From NCBI GenBank assembly GCA_051251915.1, contig JBPOGF010000008.1, forward strand, positions 96,306-160,305: a DNA stretch of 64,000 bases. Direction: 5' to 3'. A program made the translations under genes and the position numbers. This stretch comes from Akkermansiaceae bacterium (GTDB lineage: Bacteria > Verrucomicrobiota > Verrucomicrobiia > Verrucomicrobiales > Akkermansiaceae). Numbering within the stretch: position 1 is the stretch's first letter; each line of letters opens with the position of its first letter. This document shows positions 32,441 through 43,400 of this stretch, one piece after another. A model generated the notes under the pieces. The model had not been told where the DNA came from. It worked only from the letters and a program-made list of their open reading frames with translations, and searched no databases.

Positions 32441-33774
32441 AGGAGCACCCACTTTTCCCCTGGGATCATTTCTCAGATCAGCCACGCATCATGCGTGATA
32501 AAAAACAGAAGCGCAAAATCTACCTACGCGCCTCTGGTCAAATGCTAAAGTCTGGCATCCTACTCCTACTACTACCCATCTTCATTCTCATCCTCATCAC
32601 CAGAAGATCCTGGTGGAAAGCCAAGACAGCAAGTAACCGCTGCATCGGCCTCTCAGTCCACCTAGAGTCCCCATGTGATGGGAAAACCATCGTCCCCCTA
32701 GACCAAGTCTCTGAAATGGTTGATGACCTCGGAGTCAACCAGATACTCGTCCGCATCCACCTCGCAGACGCTGAAAACTTTGACTCCTACATCGAACATA
32801 TCGACAAACTATCCTCACCAAACAGAGAAATCACCGTCAACCTCATACAAAACCGCCTCATCCTAGATGACCCACAAGCACTCAAGAACGCCCTGCAAAA
32901 ACTCATCCCCCTCCTAAAAAATAGAACCAAACACCTCCACATAGGCAACGCATACAACCGTAGAAAATGGGCATTCTACCACTTTGGAGAATACCATAAA
33001 CTCTTCCGCATCATCAGAGCCACCTGCAAACAACACGCCCCAGAAATGAAACTCATCGGAGGAGCAGTCATCGACTTTGAGATCCCAGCACTCCTTGAAA
33101 GCCTATTTAATTTCCGCCTCGGGAAATACGACGGCTACAACACCCAGCTCTACGTCGATCGCCGCGGCGCCCCAGAAAACACCCAAGGTGGATTTAATTT
33201 CCTTAATAAAATCAACTTCATCAGACTCATCCACAAACTCAGCTGGAAAACCAAAGGTGACCTCTGGATATCAGAAATCAACTGGCCACTTCAAAACTCA
33301 GGCAAATTCTCACCATGCAAAGGAAGCGCCCTCGTAGATGAACAAACCCAAGCAGACTACCTAACCAGAGCATACCTCACGCTCATCGCCTCAGGTCGAG
33401 TCAGAACATGCTACTGGCACCAACTCATCGCCCCCGGATACGGCCTCGTAGATAATCGCCCAGTAACGCCTAAACTACGCCCATCCTACCACGCATTCAA
33501 AACCCTCAACACCCTCTTCAACAACGCAGAAGTCATCCATTTCAACAACGGCAACTACGAAGACAAACAACACCTCTACAGCCTCAAGATCCGCATCACA
33601 CTACATGGCCAGCCCACCACCATCCAAGCCCTCTGGAGTAACAACGCAAAACAACAGATCAGCCCCATCACCGCTGACCGCTGGCTAGATCAAAACGCAG
33701 CCCCCATCACATTCACGGACTCAAAGCCCATCCCCATCACCTCCAGCGTCATCTACGCTATAAATCCTCACTAA
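32437..33774 (+). CDS. Membrane-anchored clan GH-A-like TIM-barrel protein of unknown function
   Basis: N-terminal TM helix; IGNAYNR, LYVDRRGAPE, WISEINW, QADYLTR, YWHQL...YGL...RPSY; ATGA overlap with the kinase gene. Confidence 0.6.
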   Translation: MKEHPLFPWDHFSDQPRIMRDKKQKRKIYLRASGQMLKSGILLLLLPIFILILITRRSWWKAKTASNRCIGLSVHLESPCDGKTIVPLDQVSEMVDDLGVNQILVRIHLADAENFDSYIEHIDKLSSPNREITVNLIQNRLILDDPQALKNALQKLIPLLKNRTKHLHIGNAYNRRKWAFYHFGEYHKLFRIIRATCKQHAPEMKLIGGAVIDFEIPALLESLFNFRLGKYDGYNTQLYVDRRGAPENTQGGFNFLNKINFIRLIHKLSWKTKGDLWISEINWPLQNSGKFSPCKGSALVDEQTQADYLTRAYLTLIASGRVRTCYWHQLIAPGYGLVDNRPVTPKLRPSYHAFKTLNTLFNNAEVIHFNNGNYEDKQHLYSLKIRITLHGQPTTIQALWSNNAKQQISPITADRWLDQNAAPITFTDSKPIPITSSVIYAINPH

Positions 33775-33800
33775 AACCAGATTCACACTCCAAACTCACG

Positions 33801-34394
33801 CTAATCCTCACTGAGCAACGCGTTATTCTCTAGTTCCTTACGCGCATAGCGGTTCCATCTCCGTATGATTTTAGCCTTCAGCAATGAAGGTATAAGGTTG
33901 AACATAGTGATCGCCACCCTGTCACCGATGCCATCCACAATCACCAAGTGAAACTCCCCATCATCCTCCACCCTCACCAAGATATTCTCAGAGTGCATAT
34001 CATTAATTAAAATCTTATTCTTAACCAAATAGTTACCCAAATCATCTAGCAAAGAATACAGCTTTTCCTTATCCACATCAGGCTGATTAAAGTAATGTTT
34101 GAGCGTCTTAGAAATACTCGCATCACTATCCCTCACACATTCATATCTATACCCATCACCAACAGACGTCTTACACGCCCCCAAGTAATCAGCTACATGC
34201 TTTAAATCCACCCCATATCTATGCAGCTTCCTGTAATAAGACAGATCCACTCTCAGCCTCTTCTTAGCCTTGGAATTAGTTCGGGTAACCTTGATACACT
34301 CATTAAGATCAAGCGGATTCTCATAGCACCTACAATACGCACCTGCATCAATAAAATGCTCATCCTTTAACTCTATAATTGTATCCCCCTTCAT
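33801..34394 (-). CDS. YrbL-family kinase-like protein
   Basis: GAYCRCYENP, CIKV, YLGACKTSVGDG, RDSD...SKTL, DMHSENI, VDGIG. Confidence 0.75.
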   Translation of the reverse strand: MKGDTIIELKDEHFIDAGAYCRCYENPLDLNECIKVTRTNSKAKKRLRVDLSYYRKLHRYGVDLKHVADYLGACKTSVGDGYRYECVRDSDASISKTLKHYFNQPDVDKEKLYSLLDDLGNYLVKNKILINDMHSENILVRVEDDGEFHLVIVDGIGDRVAITMFNLIPSLLKAKIIRRWNRYARKELENNALLSED

Positions 34395-34515
34395 TTCAAA
34401 TCACACTCTAATAGTTTCATCATCTCAGCTCCCCTTGATTTAAAAGGGAGTTGCATCTATTAACTATGTAACCCTCCCCTATCAGAATAAAAGCCAAAAA
34501 ACAAAAACCACCCCA

Positions 34516-35463
34516 CTAACACCCCGCCAAGCGTAGATAATTCTCTAAAACCAAATGCATAATCAGCCTCTCCAAATCAGCATCCAAAAAAGGCGCCAAA
34601 TACTCATGCTGAGCTCTCACCATAGCTCGCGCCATATCCTCATCATCTAAATACGGCTGGATCACCTCCTCCACATTAGAAAAGTTTTCATCTATCTCCA
34701 CATAATGCACCCCAGGTTTTAACTGACTCTCCAGAAACCAACTCTCAATAGTCGGACGCTTCATCACACAGATCGAGTTACTAGCCATGATCCACTTCAA
34801 GTTTGAAGCCACATCATTCCCCTCAATAGACAAAATAAACTTATGCGCCATCTGCTGCACTGGTCCCAGATAAACCCTCTTACCAGTTCCCTTCCGATGA
34901 GAATCAGTGAAATCCACCCCAGGATTACCCTCATAAAGTCGCAAGAACTTCTTGCGGTCTTCAGTATGCGCATAACCTCGGAAAATAGGTACATTAGACT
35001 TCTCAGCATAACTATACGGATCTTTATAAAACCGAAAATGCCTCGGCGTATTCAGCTTCAATAAAACAGAATTCTCATTACCTCCCACTATTGGCCGAGT
35101 CTTCACCAAGCTAGGAGTTCCCGGAACATCCACCACATCCCCAAATACCATGTCAAAACGACACTCCCTCTTGAAACCCAATGAAGCCTTAGCAAAGTCT
35201 AACTTATAAGCACTATACTTATTTAGTTTCAAATCATTAAGACACTTTGAATCCGAACTCAAAGAAAACTCCCCCACCACCTTATTACACATCCTCACCC
35301 TCTTTAACACATATTCCATCTGCTCAGACGTCAGAGAATCCATCACAGACTCAGCATCATAACGCCTTAAACCATTTGGTAACCCATAATAAGGAATATG
35401 AGACAAAACGAACTGCAACTTATACCACCGACTAAATAAATTTTTCACCTTAACAACACTCAT
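34516..35463 (-). CDS. GT90 (CAP10/LpsA-like) glycosyltransferase
   Basis: FGDV, LVKTRPI, NSVLLKLN.PRHF, FRG, HKFILSIEGNDVASNLKW, ESWFLE, PGVHYV. Confidence 0.82.
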   Translation of the reverse strand: MSVVKVKNLFSRWYKLQFVLSHIPYYGLPNGLRRYDAESVMDSLTSEQMEYVLKRVRMCNKVVGEFSLSSDSKCLNDLKLNKYSAYKLDFAKASLGFKRECRFDMVFGDVVDVPGTPSLVKTRPIVGGNENSVLLKLNTPRHFRFYKDPYSYAEKSNVPIFRGYAHTEDRKKFLRLYEGNPGVDFTDSHRKGTGKRVYLGPVQQMAHKFILSIEGNDVASNLKWIMASNSICVMKRPTIESWFLESQLKPGVHYVEIDENFSNVEEVIQPYLDDEDMARAMVRAQHEYLAPFLDADLERLIMHLVLENYLRLAGC

Positions 35464-35660
35464 CCCTTTTTAAATTCTATTATCTATTCCAGCTATCGCT
35501 CCCCTGTTCAGACCACTCTGATAAACAGCCCCTCTCCCCGCCTTCTGCCCGCACCCCAGATCCCCACACACACACTTCATATCCGGCACCAGAAAGAGCC
35601 TAAGTTTACTTACTGACAAAATATCGATTACTTGCATAGTTCATATCATCCACAAAATGC

Positions 35661-35728
35661 ATGAAATAATGATGAGAACACTAAATAAAAAATGACTATT
35701 ACGTCACACATTCTCATCAATTTCTCAT
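35661..35728. promoter_or_regulatory. Two inverted tandem-heptamer boxes, probable OmpR-family binding sites
   Basis: ATGAAAT-N4-ATGAGAA at 35661-35678 and TTCTCAT-N4-TTCTCAT at 35711-35728; 11-bp period; the boxes are reverse complements at 15 of 18 positions. Confidence 0.55.
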
Positions 35729-35753
35729 GTTCACCCTCCTAAACTAATCAATA

Positions 35754-36425
35754 ATGAAGATTCTATACGTTGAAGACTATAAACTGCTAAGAGAATCAGT
35801 AGCTCTAGGTATCCGTGACAAAGGATGGCTCGTCGATACATCATCAGATGGAGAAGAAGGACTCTGGATGGCTACTGAAAACGAATATGACGCTATCATC
35901 CTTGATGTCATGCTCCCAAAACTAAACGGCTTTGAAATTTTAAAACAGCTCAGAAAAAACAGCAACAACACACCAGTCATTATGCTAACAGCTAAAGATG
36001 AACTAGAAAACCGCATCGAAGGCCTAGACTCTGGAGCCGATGACTATCTCACAAAACCATTCTACATTGATGAACTCATATCCAGAATAAATGCACTTTA
36101 CCGCAGAACCAGTAACCAAAGACAACCCGTCATCACATGCGGAGACATTGAGATAAATACGATTACTAAAACAGTGACAAGAAGTGGCAAGATCATCGAT
36201 CTTACCACGAGAGAATACGCGCTAATAGAGTACTTTGCCCATCGTATGAATGAAGTCGTCACACGCACTGACATTTGGGAACATGTGTATGGCAGCGAAC
36301 ATAACTCTACCTCAAATATCGTTGATGTATATATAGGATACTTGAGGAAAAAGCTCAATGTAAACGGTGCTCCTAACAGACTACACACTAAACGAGGACA
36401 CGGGTATTATTTAACCTATGAGTAA
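35754..36425 (+). CDS. OmpR/PhoB-family response regulator
   Basis: VED, ILDVMLP (phospho-Asp), LTAK, GADDYLTKPF, winged helix VDVYIGYLRKKL...TKRGHGY. Confidence 0.95.
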   Translation: MKILYVEDYKLLRESVALGIRDKGWLVDTSSDGEEGLWMATENEYDAIILDVMLPKLNGFEILKQLRKNSNNTPVIMLTAKDELENRIEGLDSGADDYLTKPFYIDELISRINALYRRTSNQRQPVITCGDIEINTITKTVTRSGKIIDLTTREYALIEYFAHRMNEVVTRTDIWEHVYGSEHNSTSNIVDVYIGYLRKKLNVNGAPNRLHTKRGHGYYLTYE

Positions 36426-37818
36426 ATCGATCAAACAACAATTACTGTTCGGAAACATACTAGCAATCACGGTCATTTTCGCCGTAATCTGCCTCGGTCT
36501 GTTCTATTTCATCAAGAGCTTTCTTTACAGCCAATATGATCGTTCATTCGAAAACAAATATAAACTACTCAAATCCTTAGTAGAGTTCACTGACGATGGT
36601 GGTATCATAACAGAATGGCAAGAGCATGGACAATTGAACCCTTATGGATTTGATCCAGCTCTAGAAGGAGTATCCTTATGGTACAATGATGGACAAGAAA
36701 TTACTCATTCAGGAATCCCTCTTGAGTTCGTAAAAAATCGAGCCGAAAAAACGATCAACATCAACTGGGACGACAAACCTATCAGAGTTATGTCCTCCAT
36801 TGTCTTCCCTCTTTCAGATGATGACCTTGATGATGTTTTCATTTCAGAATTCAAATCTAAAGCCTTCATCAGTTACGCACAAATAGACACGGTAGCTCCC
36901 TACCTTAGCCAACTTCAATCGATTTTGATAACATCATGGCTCTCATGTGTTACATTTTCTAGCTTAATTTTACTTTGGAATACTCACCGCAGTCTAGAGC
37001 CATTTAATGATTTAAAAGCTCAGATTGAGACCATGCGTGTAAATCGTCTACAAGAAATCAAACTGAATACCACCACCAAAGAAATAACTCCAGTTACGGA
37101 TTCCATCAACAAATTGCTGAAACGGATTCAACTAGGTATCGAAAGAGAAAAGCAACTTTCCAGTAATATCGCCCATGAGCTTAAAAACCCGTTAGCAGGA
37201 TTACTCAACCTGTGGGATGTCACTCTAAAGCGACCGAGAACTCCCCAAGAATATGTTATTTCAGGAGAACAGTCACTTGAGGCCACTAAGCAAATGGTCC
37301 AACTGGTTAGAAACCTGTTAGGACTTTCTAAACTAGAAAGAGGTGAAACTAGACTTACCATCGAAAATGTAAATCTAAGTGAGTTGCTCCACCTTTCATG
37401 GAAACCTTTTGAAAAGACAGCTATGCTCAAAGGAATCAAAGTCGATTGGCAAATTGCTAAAGATTTCCACGTTCAGACCGACACCAGCTTCTTCAATATT
37501 ATCATGTCCAACATTTATGATAATTTAGTTTGTTATGCAGATGCTAACAGTCTCGCCAAAATTAAATTAACTGAAGATGGTAATATTAGTATTGGTAACC
37601 ATGCTCACAGTCTAGACCCAGAAACATCAGAAAAAATCTTTGATGCCTTGTGGAGACAAAGTGAGTCTAGATCAGAAATAGGAATCCACGCTGGTATCGG
37701 AATGGCATTAGCTCACAAACTAGCTAATATCTTAGAACATAAAATATCAGCTTCTGTATCGAGCAACCTTGATTGGTTCGAAATAAATATAAATCTCTTT
37801 CCTAAATCACAGAATTAA
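36418..37818 (+). CDS. Sensor histidine kinase
   Basis: Two TM helices, HAMP-like linker, H-box IAHELKNPL, N-box NIYDN, G2 HAGIGM; G1 box divergent. Confidence 0.88.
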   Translation: MSKSIKQQLLFGNILAITVIFAVICLGLFYFIKSFLYSQYDRSFENKYKLLKSLVEFTDDGGIITEWQEHGQLNPYGFDPALEGVSLWYNDGQEITHSGIPLEFVKNRAEKTININWDDKPIRVMSSIVFPLSDDDLDDVFISEFKSKAFISYAQIDTVAPYLSQLQSILITSWLSCVTFSSLILLWNTHRSLEPFNDLKAQIETMRVNRLQEIKLNTTTKEITPVTDSINKLLKRIQLGIEREKQLSSNIAHELKNPLAGLLNLWDVTLKRPRTPQEYVISGEQSLEATKQMVQLVRNLLGLSKLERGETRLTIENVNLSELLHLSWKPFEKTAMLKGIKVDWQIAKDFHVQTDTSFFNIIMSNIYDNLVCYADANSLAKIKLTEDGNISIGNHAHSLDPETSEKIFDALWRQSESRSEIGIHAGIGMALAHKLANILEHKISASVSSNLDWFEININLFPKSQN

Positions 37819-37874
37819 ATGTAGAGAATCTCAGCAACTAGCACTTTCTAACGCCAGTAGTTCCCTTTTTCTCA

Positions 37875-38480
37875 TTAATTATTTCTTAAATAGTTCATCA
37901 AAAGTTGTGGCTTAACGATAAAAAGTAACGCTGACAAAGCAATAAAAAATGCCCCGTTAAGCTCACAGACCTCCTCGAACAAAGGCATATCATACTCATC
38001 TCCTATTGCTCCAAGCAAGAGCATACTGCACCCAAATAAACAGACTTGAACTACTATAGAATATTTCCACTGTTTGAAACTTTTTAGGACCTTCATATAC
38101 CTACTTATAAATACATGAATGAGTAAAGTGAAGGCTATGATAAAAATCCAGTTCCTTCCTTTTCCCGAACCTATTAAAATCACTATTTGCGGCACATCGA
38201 AGTCTTCTACATCAAGTTCCCTAAAGACAAACGACAGGCAGGTAACTCCAAAAAATAAATACAACCAACGATCAATATGTCTCACGCTGAATCCTTTGAT
38301 CAATAAAATCACTGCTGAAAAGATATATAAATACACCTGAGAAGACTCAACAACATTATTCTCTTCAATAAGTTCAGCTTTTCCCCCATAGAATACTTCA
38401 TACACTATCCACATACTCAGCATGAGCGCTGTCAAGCTTGCCATTACTACCCAAAATTTATAACCTCTTAACCTGTCCAA
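37875..38480 (-). CDS. Hypothetical integral membrane protein
   Basis: About six hydrophobic segments with acidic motifs (RELD, EEVCEL); TTG start just downstream of the msbA-like gene. Confidence 0.6.
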   Translation of the reverse strand: MDRLRGYKFWVVMASLTALMLSMWIVYEVFYGGKAELIEENNVVESSQVYLYIFSAVILLIKGFSVRHIDRWLYLFFGVTCLSFVFRELDVEDFDVPQIVILIGSGKGRNWIFIIAFTLLIHVFISRYMKVLKSFKQWKYSIVVQVCLFGCSMLLLGAIGDEYDMPLFEEVCELNGAFFIALSALLFIVKPQLLMNYLRNN

Positions 38481-38491
38481 ATGAAACCTCT

Positions 38492-40270
38492 CTACTTTTG
38501 TTTATCATACAGACTCTTATAGATACTACACGTCTGATAAATTTCCTCATGCGGCCCATCCGCAATAATCCTTCCACCATCAGGAGTCTTCGCAAAAACT
38601 AAAATCCTATTTGCATCTCGAATGCTACTAAATCGATGTGCAATAAGAAACGTCGTCCGCCCCTCACTCAACACCTTCAACTCCTCCTGAATCTGTGCCT
38701 CACTCTCACTATCCAGTGCACTCGTAGCCTCATCTAAAATCAATATAGGCGCATCCTTCAGAAACGCTCTAGCAATAACAACCCTCTGCCGCTGCCCACC
38801 AGAGAGCCCCTCACCTCGCTCCCCTAGCTCGGTATCATAACCATCAGGCAAGCTACTAATAAATTCATGCGCGCTCGCATTCTTTGCCGCCGCCATCACC
38901 TCTTCACGAGTCCCAGACGGTTTACCAATCAAAATATTCTCTGCAACACTCCCTCTAAACAACAACGGTTGCTGGCTCACCAACGCTATATTCTTCCTCA
39001 AATCAGCCTTCAGCATTCGATTCACATTGATGCCGTCCACTTTCACCTCACCCCTCTGAACCTCAAAGAATCTCGGAATCAAAGAGACAAACGTAGATTT
39101 CCCAGCCCCACTCTCGCCTACTAAAGCAATAGTCTCCCCCGCCTTTACCTCGATATTAACATCATCCAGTATGACCTGGTCCCCGTAGCTAAACTGACAA
39201 TTCACCAATGACACATCACCTCGTGCAATACCAAATGGTTGTGCATCCTTACTATCTAATATTTCATCCTTACTATGCAGAATATACTCTAATCGATCCA
39301 ACGCCGCCTCACCTTCCCGCATCATCGAACTCAAGTTACCAAGCTTTTTAATGGGATCATACGCAGTAAACAGAGCCACCAATAGAGGTAAGAATTTCTC
39401 CAATGTTAGCCCGTGCTTAGAACCAAAATAAATAGCAAACCCCACACCCAGAGCCGATACAATCTCAACACTTGGACTCACCAAATAACGGTATTTCAGC
39501 ACCCCCATGTTATACTCTAGAAACTTCCCCGTATCCTCCTTCAGCTTCGCCACTTGATTATCCTCCATCATATAGGCACGCACCACAGGCTGAGAAGCTA
39601 GATTCTCTGAGACCGTCGCAGAAATATCCCCCTGCTTCCCCATCATCAACGCCGCCTTCTTCGCTAAACGCTTCGCCAATATCCGAATAGGAAATACACA
39701 AAGAGGCACCGTCATCAGACCTATCAGCATGAAAAACACACTACTATCCTTCATCGATAAATAAATCAACACACCCACAGATCCTAATAACGCACCCGGA
39801 AGCACCACCATCTCAAACACCACTTTAGAAAGCACCTGCTGCATCAGCAACGTATCCCCCATCATACGGCTCACCAGATCTCCACCCTTCTGCTTCCCAT
39901 GGAAACCTAACGACAACTTCTGCAACCGACGAAAAACATCCACCCGAATATCCTCCAAAACTCGCAACCCCACATAATTAAGTAACAACTTACTAATGTA
40001 GCCACAAACACCACTAATAATGAAAACCGCTGGCAACATCAAGCAAGCCACAATCAAAACATTATCACCAGCCAACCACTCTAACCATTCCGGAGCATCC
40101 TTCGTCTTTCCCGTCTCCTCACTAGCAAAAATCACTGGAAAAACCTTATCCATCATCAACGGTAGCCCCGCGCTCAGCGCAGCACCACCTATCACCCCAG
40201 CAATAATCCCTAGGACTAACTTGGCTTTAACTGGCTTTAAATAATGGAAATATGGTCTAAATCTCTTCAT
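38492..40270 (-). CDS. msbA: MsbA-like lipid A/ABC exporter (fused TMD-NBD)
   Basis: TM domain, GESGAGKS, LSGGQRQR, ILDEATSALD, IAHR; LPS context; likely start MKRFRPY at 40270. Confidence 0.75.
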   Translation of the reverse strand: MKRFRPYFHYLKPVKAKLVLGIIAGVIGGAALSAGLPLMMDKVFPVIFASEETGKTKDAPEWLEWLAGDNVLIVACLMLPAVFIISGVCGYISKLLLNYVGLRVLEDIRVDVFRRLQKLSLGFHGKQKGGDLVSRMMGDTLLMQQVLSKVVFEMVVLPGALLGSVGVLIYLSMKDSSVFFMLIGLMTVPLCVFPIRILAKRLAKKAALMMGKQGDISATVSENLASQPVVRAYMMEDNQVAKLKEDTGKFLEYNMGVLKYRYLVSPSVEIVSALGVGFAIYFGSKHGLTLEKFLPLLVALFTAYDPIKKLGNLSSMMREGEAALDRLEYILHSKDEILDSKDAQPFGIARGDVSLVNCQFSYGDQVILDDVNIEVKAGETIALVGESGAGKSTFVSLIPRFFEVQRGEVKVDGINVNRMLKADLRKNIALVSQQPLLFRGSVAENILIGKPSGTREEVMAAAKNASAHEFISSLPDGYDTELGERGEGLSGGQRQRVVIARAFLKDAPILILDEATSALDSESEAQIQEELKVLSEGRTTFLIAHRFSSIRDANRILVFAKTPDGGRIIADGPHEEIYQTCSIYKSLYDKQK

Positions 40271-40430
40271 TCCGAAGTCATTCTTACGTCCCGCCAGCAT
40301 CTATGCCCACTAACTATTCTGCAAGCCTTTAAATCTATTGAACCAAAGACTACGTGCTTTAAGCATTCTGCCCACAGGTCATACAAAATATTCCATTAAC
40401 TTTTTGACATAATTCAAAGTTTCTCAAAGT

Positions 40431-43400
40431 ATGAATAACATGAAACACAATGCCATTCTTTTAACACTACTCGCGGGGCTTTGCACAAGCTCACACGCGG
40501 CCCCGAAAGCAGCCAAAGCGCCAGCAAAAAAGAACTCATCCAGCTTAGCTGACGTCCAGATCGCTAATAACGGCCTAACAGTAATGTACGGAAATGCCAT
40601 AATCGAAAAACTCCAAGAAGAAGGCACCTTCGAAACCTACATGCAATCCGCTAGCAATGGTAAAAAAATCCAATTCCGCTCACTCGCCTACACCGGTGAC
40701 CAAGTAGGCTTCCGTATCAGAGCCACTAAATTCGGCCTCCACCTCGCCTACCTCCTAGACCAATGGAAAGCCAACCGCGTCCTCATGGCATTCGGTAGCA
40801 ATGAATCCTACGCAGGAGCCGCCGGCCTAGCAGAATTTGAAACCCAACTATCTGACTACTTAACCCTCATCAAAGACAGACACGGCAAATCAGATTTCAT
40901 CCTCGTCTCCCCCATCGCAGCCGAAAAAGCAAGTAAGCTAACAGGCCCAGACCACACCAAAAGAAACGCAGATATCAAGCTCTACACAGACGCAATGGCT
41001 AAAATAGCAGCCAAACACAAGGTCAAGTTCGTAGACCTCTACACCCCCACACTCAAACTCTTTTCCAACACAGACAACATCTACACCATTGATGGCCAAC
41101 ACCTCAACGACAAAGGCAGCCAACAAGTAGGCAAAATCTTCGCCGGAGTCCTCATCGGCGACACCAAGCTAAATTCCATCAATCCAGATTCTGAAGGTTT
41201 CCAAGCCACTAAAAAACTCATCCAGAGAAAGCACACCGAAGTAGCCCAAGCCTACCACCCCTCAAACGGCATCAGCTACTACGGCCTCAGAGCCAGAAGT
41301 TACGAATACAACACCGAGATCCCCCACTTCCTCAAACTCGCCAACATCCTAGACACCGCCATCTGGAAGCAATCTCAAAATACAACCACAGCACTCGCAT
41401 TCCCCAAACTCCCCATCCTCAAAATCGATGTTAAATCTAAAAAACCTAAAAATGGATTAGGCGTCATCAAAAAATCAGAAGACGATCTCAAAGACTTCCA
41501 GCTTGCCAAAGGATTCAGCATCAACTGTTTCGCATCCAGCGAAGACTACCCAGAACTCATCAACCCTCTCCAAATGCAATTCGACCCCCAAGGCCGCCTC
41601 TGGGTCTGCTGCTTCGCAAGCTACCCACACCCACTGCCAGGCACCGTAGCAAATGACACCATCCTCATTTTCGAAGACACTGACGGTGACGGAAAAGCCG
41701 ACAAACGAACCGTCTTCGCCCACGACCTACTTCTCCCCGATGGCTTCGTTTTCTACAAAAAAGGAATCGTCGCATCAGTCTCTAAAAAACTCATCTACCT
41801 AGAAGACACAGATGGCGACAGCGTTGCTGACGTGAGACAAGAAGTCCTCCGAGGTTTTGATAACTCAGACACTCACCACAGCGGCTACCTAGCCAGATCC
41901 CCACACGGAGACATCATCATGTCAGAAGCCCTCTTCCACAGAGGCCAATTCGAGACCCTCCACGGCGTAGTCCACACCAAAGACACCTCCATCATGTCCT
42001 TCGACATGGACTCACGTAAGATCACCGTAGAACGCCAAACTGAATCCCCTAACCCCTGGAAAGTCACCTTTAACAAATGGGGAGAATCCATCCAGTTTTA
42101 CGGCGGTGGCCAGATCATCGATGCAGACATCCACAACATCGCCACCCCCATGGGCAGCAGCGCCAAGATGGAACTAGGAATGCCATTCCGCTATGATAAA
42201 GGCTGCTCCGCCACCTTCGTAGAAAGCCCCCACTTCCCTAAAGAATGGCAAGGTGGACTACTCACATCCCACCTATTAAGCACCAATGAAATCAACTACA
42301 CACCACTAAAACTTGTCAATGGTGCCTATAAATCAGCTGGTAAAAAACTCACCATCGTAAAATCCAAAAATAAGATTTTCCGCCCATCAGATATCCGATT
42401 CGGCCCAGACGGAGCGCTCTACGTCACCGACTTCTACTACCCCATCATCGGCCATGCTCAGCACTCTAACAGAGACAAAAACCGAGATTACGCAAATGGT
42501 CGTATCTGGCGAATCACCCATAATGATGCTGAACTCATTAACGCTCCATCTAGCATTGAAAAAAATGCAGATGAACTCATCCAGCAGCTCAAAAACCCAT
42601 TCATGACAGCCAGACTAAATACCCGTCTAGCCCTTGAAAATCAACCAACGGCCGAAGTAAACACAGCACTCGCTAAAGCAGTAAAAGGAGCCACTAAAGA
42701 CGACCTATACGCCCTAGAACTACTCTGGCTCATGGAACGCCAAAAGGACTTCAGAGACACATCACTCATCAAACGTCTAGTCGCCTCCTCAGAGCTGCCT
42801 ATCAAACGCGCCGCAGTCCGCTCCCTCCGCTGGTGGGCAGACGCACTCGGCTCAGACCTACCAGCCATCGTCAGCACCCTCGCTAAAGAATCAGACGATC
42901 GCCTAAAAATCAGCCTAGTAGGAGTCCTCTCCCACCTCCAACTGAAAGACCCAAAATGGACCACCTACATCCAGCAACTAAACGCAAAGGATGAAACCCC
43001 ACTCGCCTACGTTAAAGAAATGGCTGGCTGGAAAGACCGCCCAGGACTCGCAGCAGAATACCCAATCGCAAAAATTGACCCACTAGCCTACATCAATAAC
43101 TCAGTATGGCTCAAAAATGCCAAGGCAAAGACCGGCGAAATCTACTTCAACAGCGACATCCCTGTAGAACTCATACTAGGACATAAAAACAATCCGTTCC
43201 TCAACATCACAATGAATGACACCCCGCTGCTCATCGCAAGCGGAAGCCCGCACTCTAAAGACTCCCAGAGTAATTTCTCCGCTAAAAAAGGCATCAATAA
43301 GCTAGACTACTCCATACTCAACTCAGGTAAATACGCTAAAAAAGCCAAGGATAAATTCGAAATGTATCTCTCCTCCATCACCGGCAACAAACCAGCAGGT

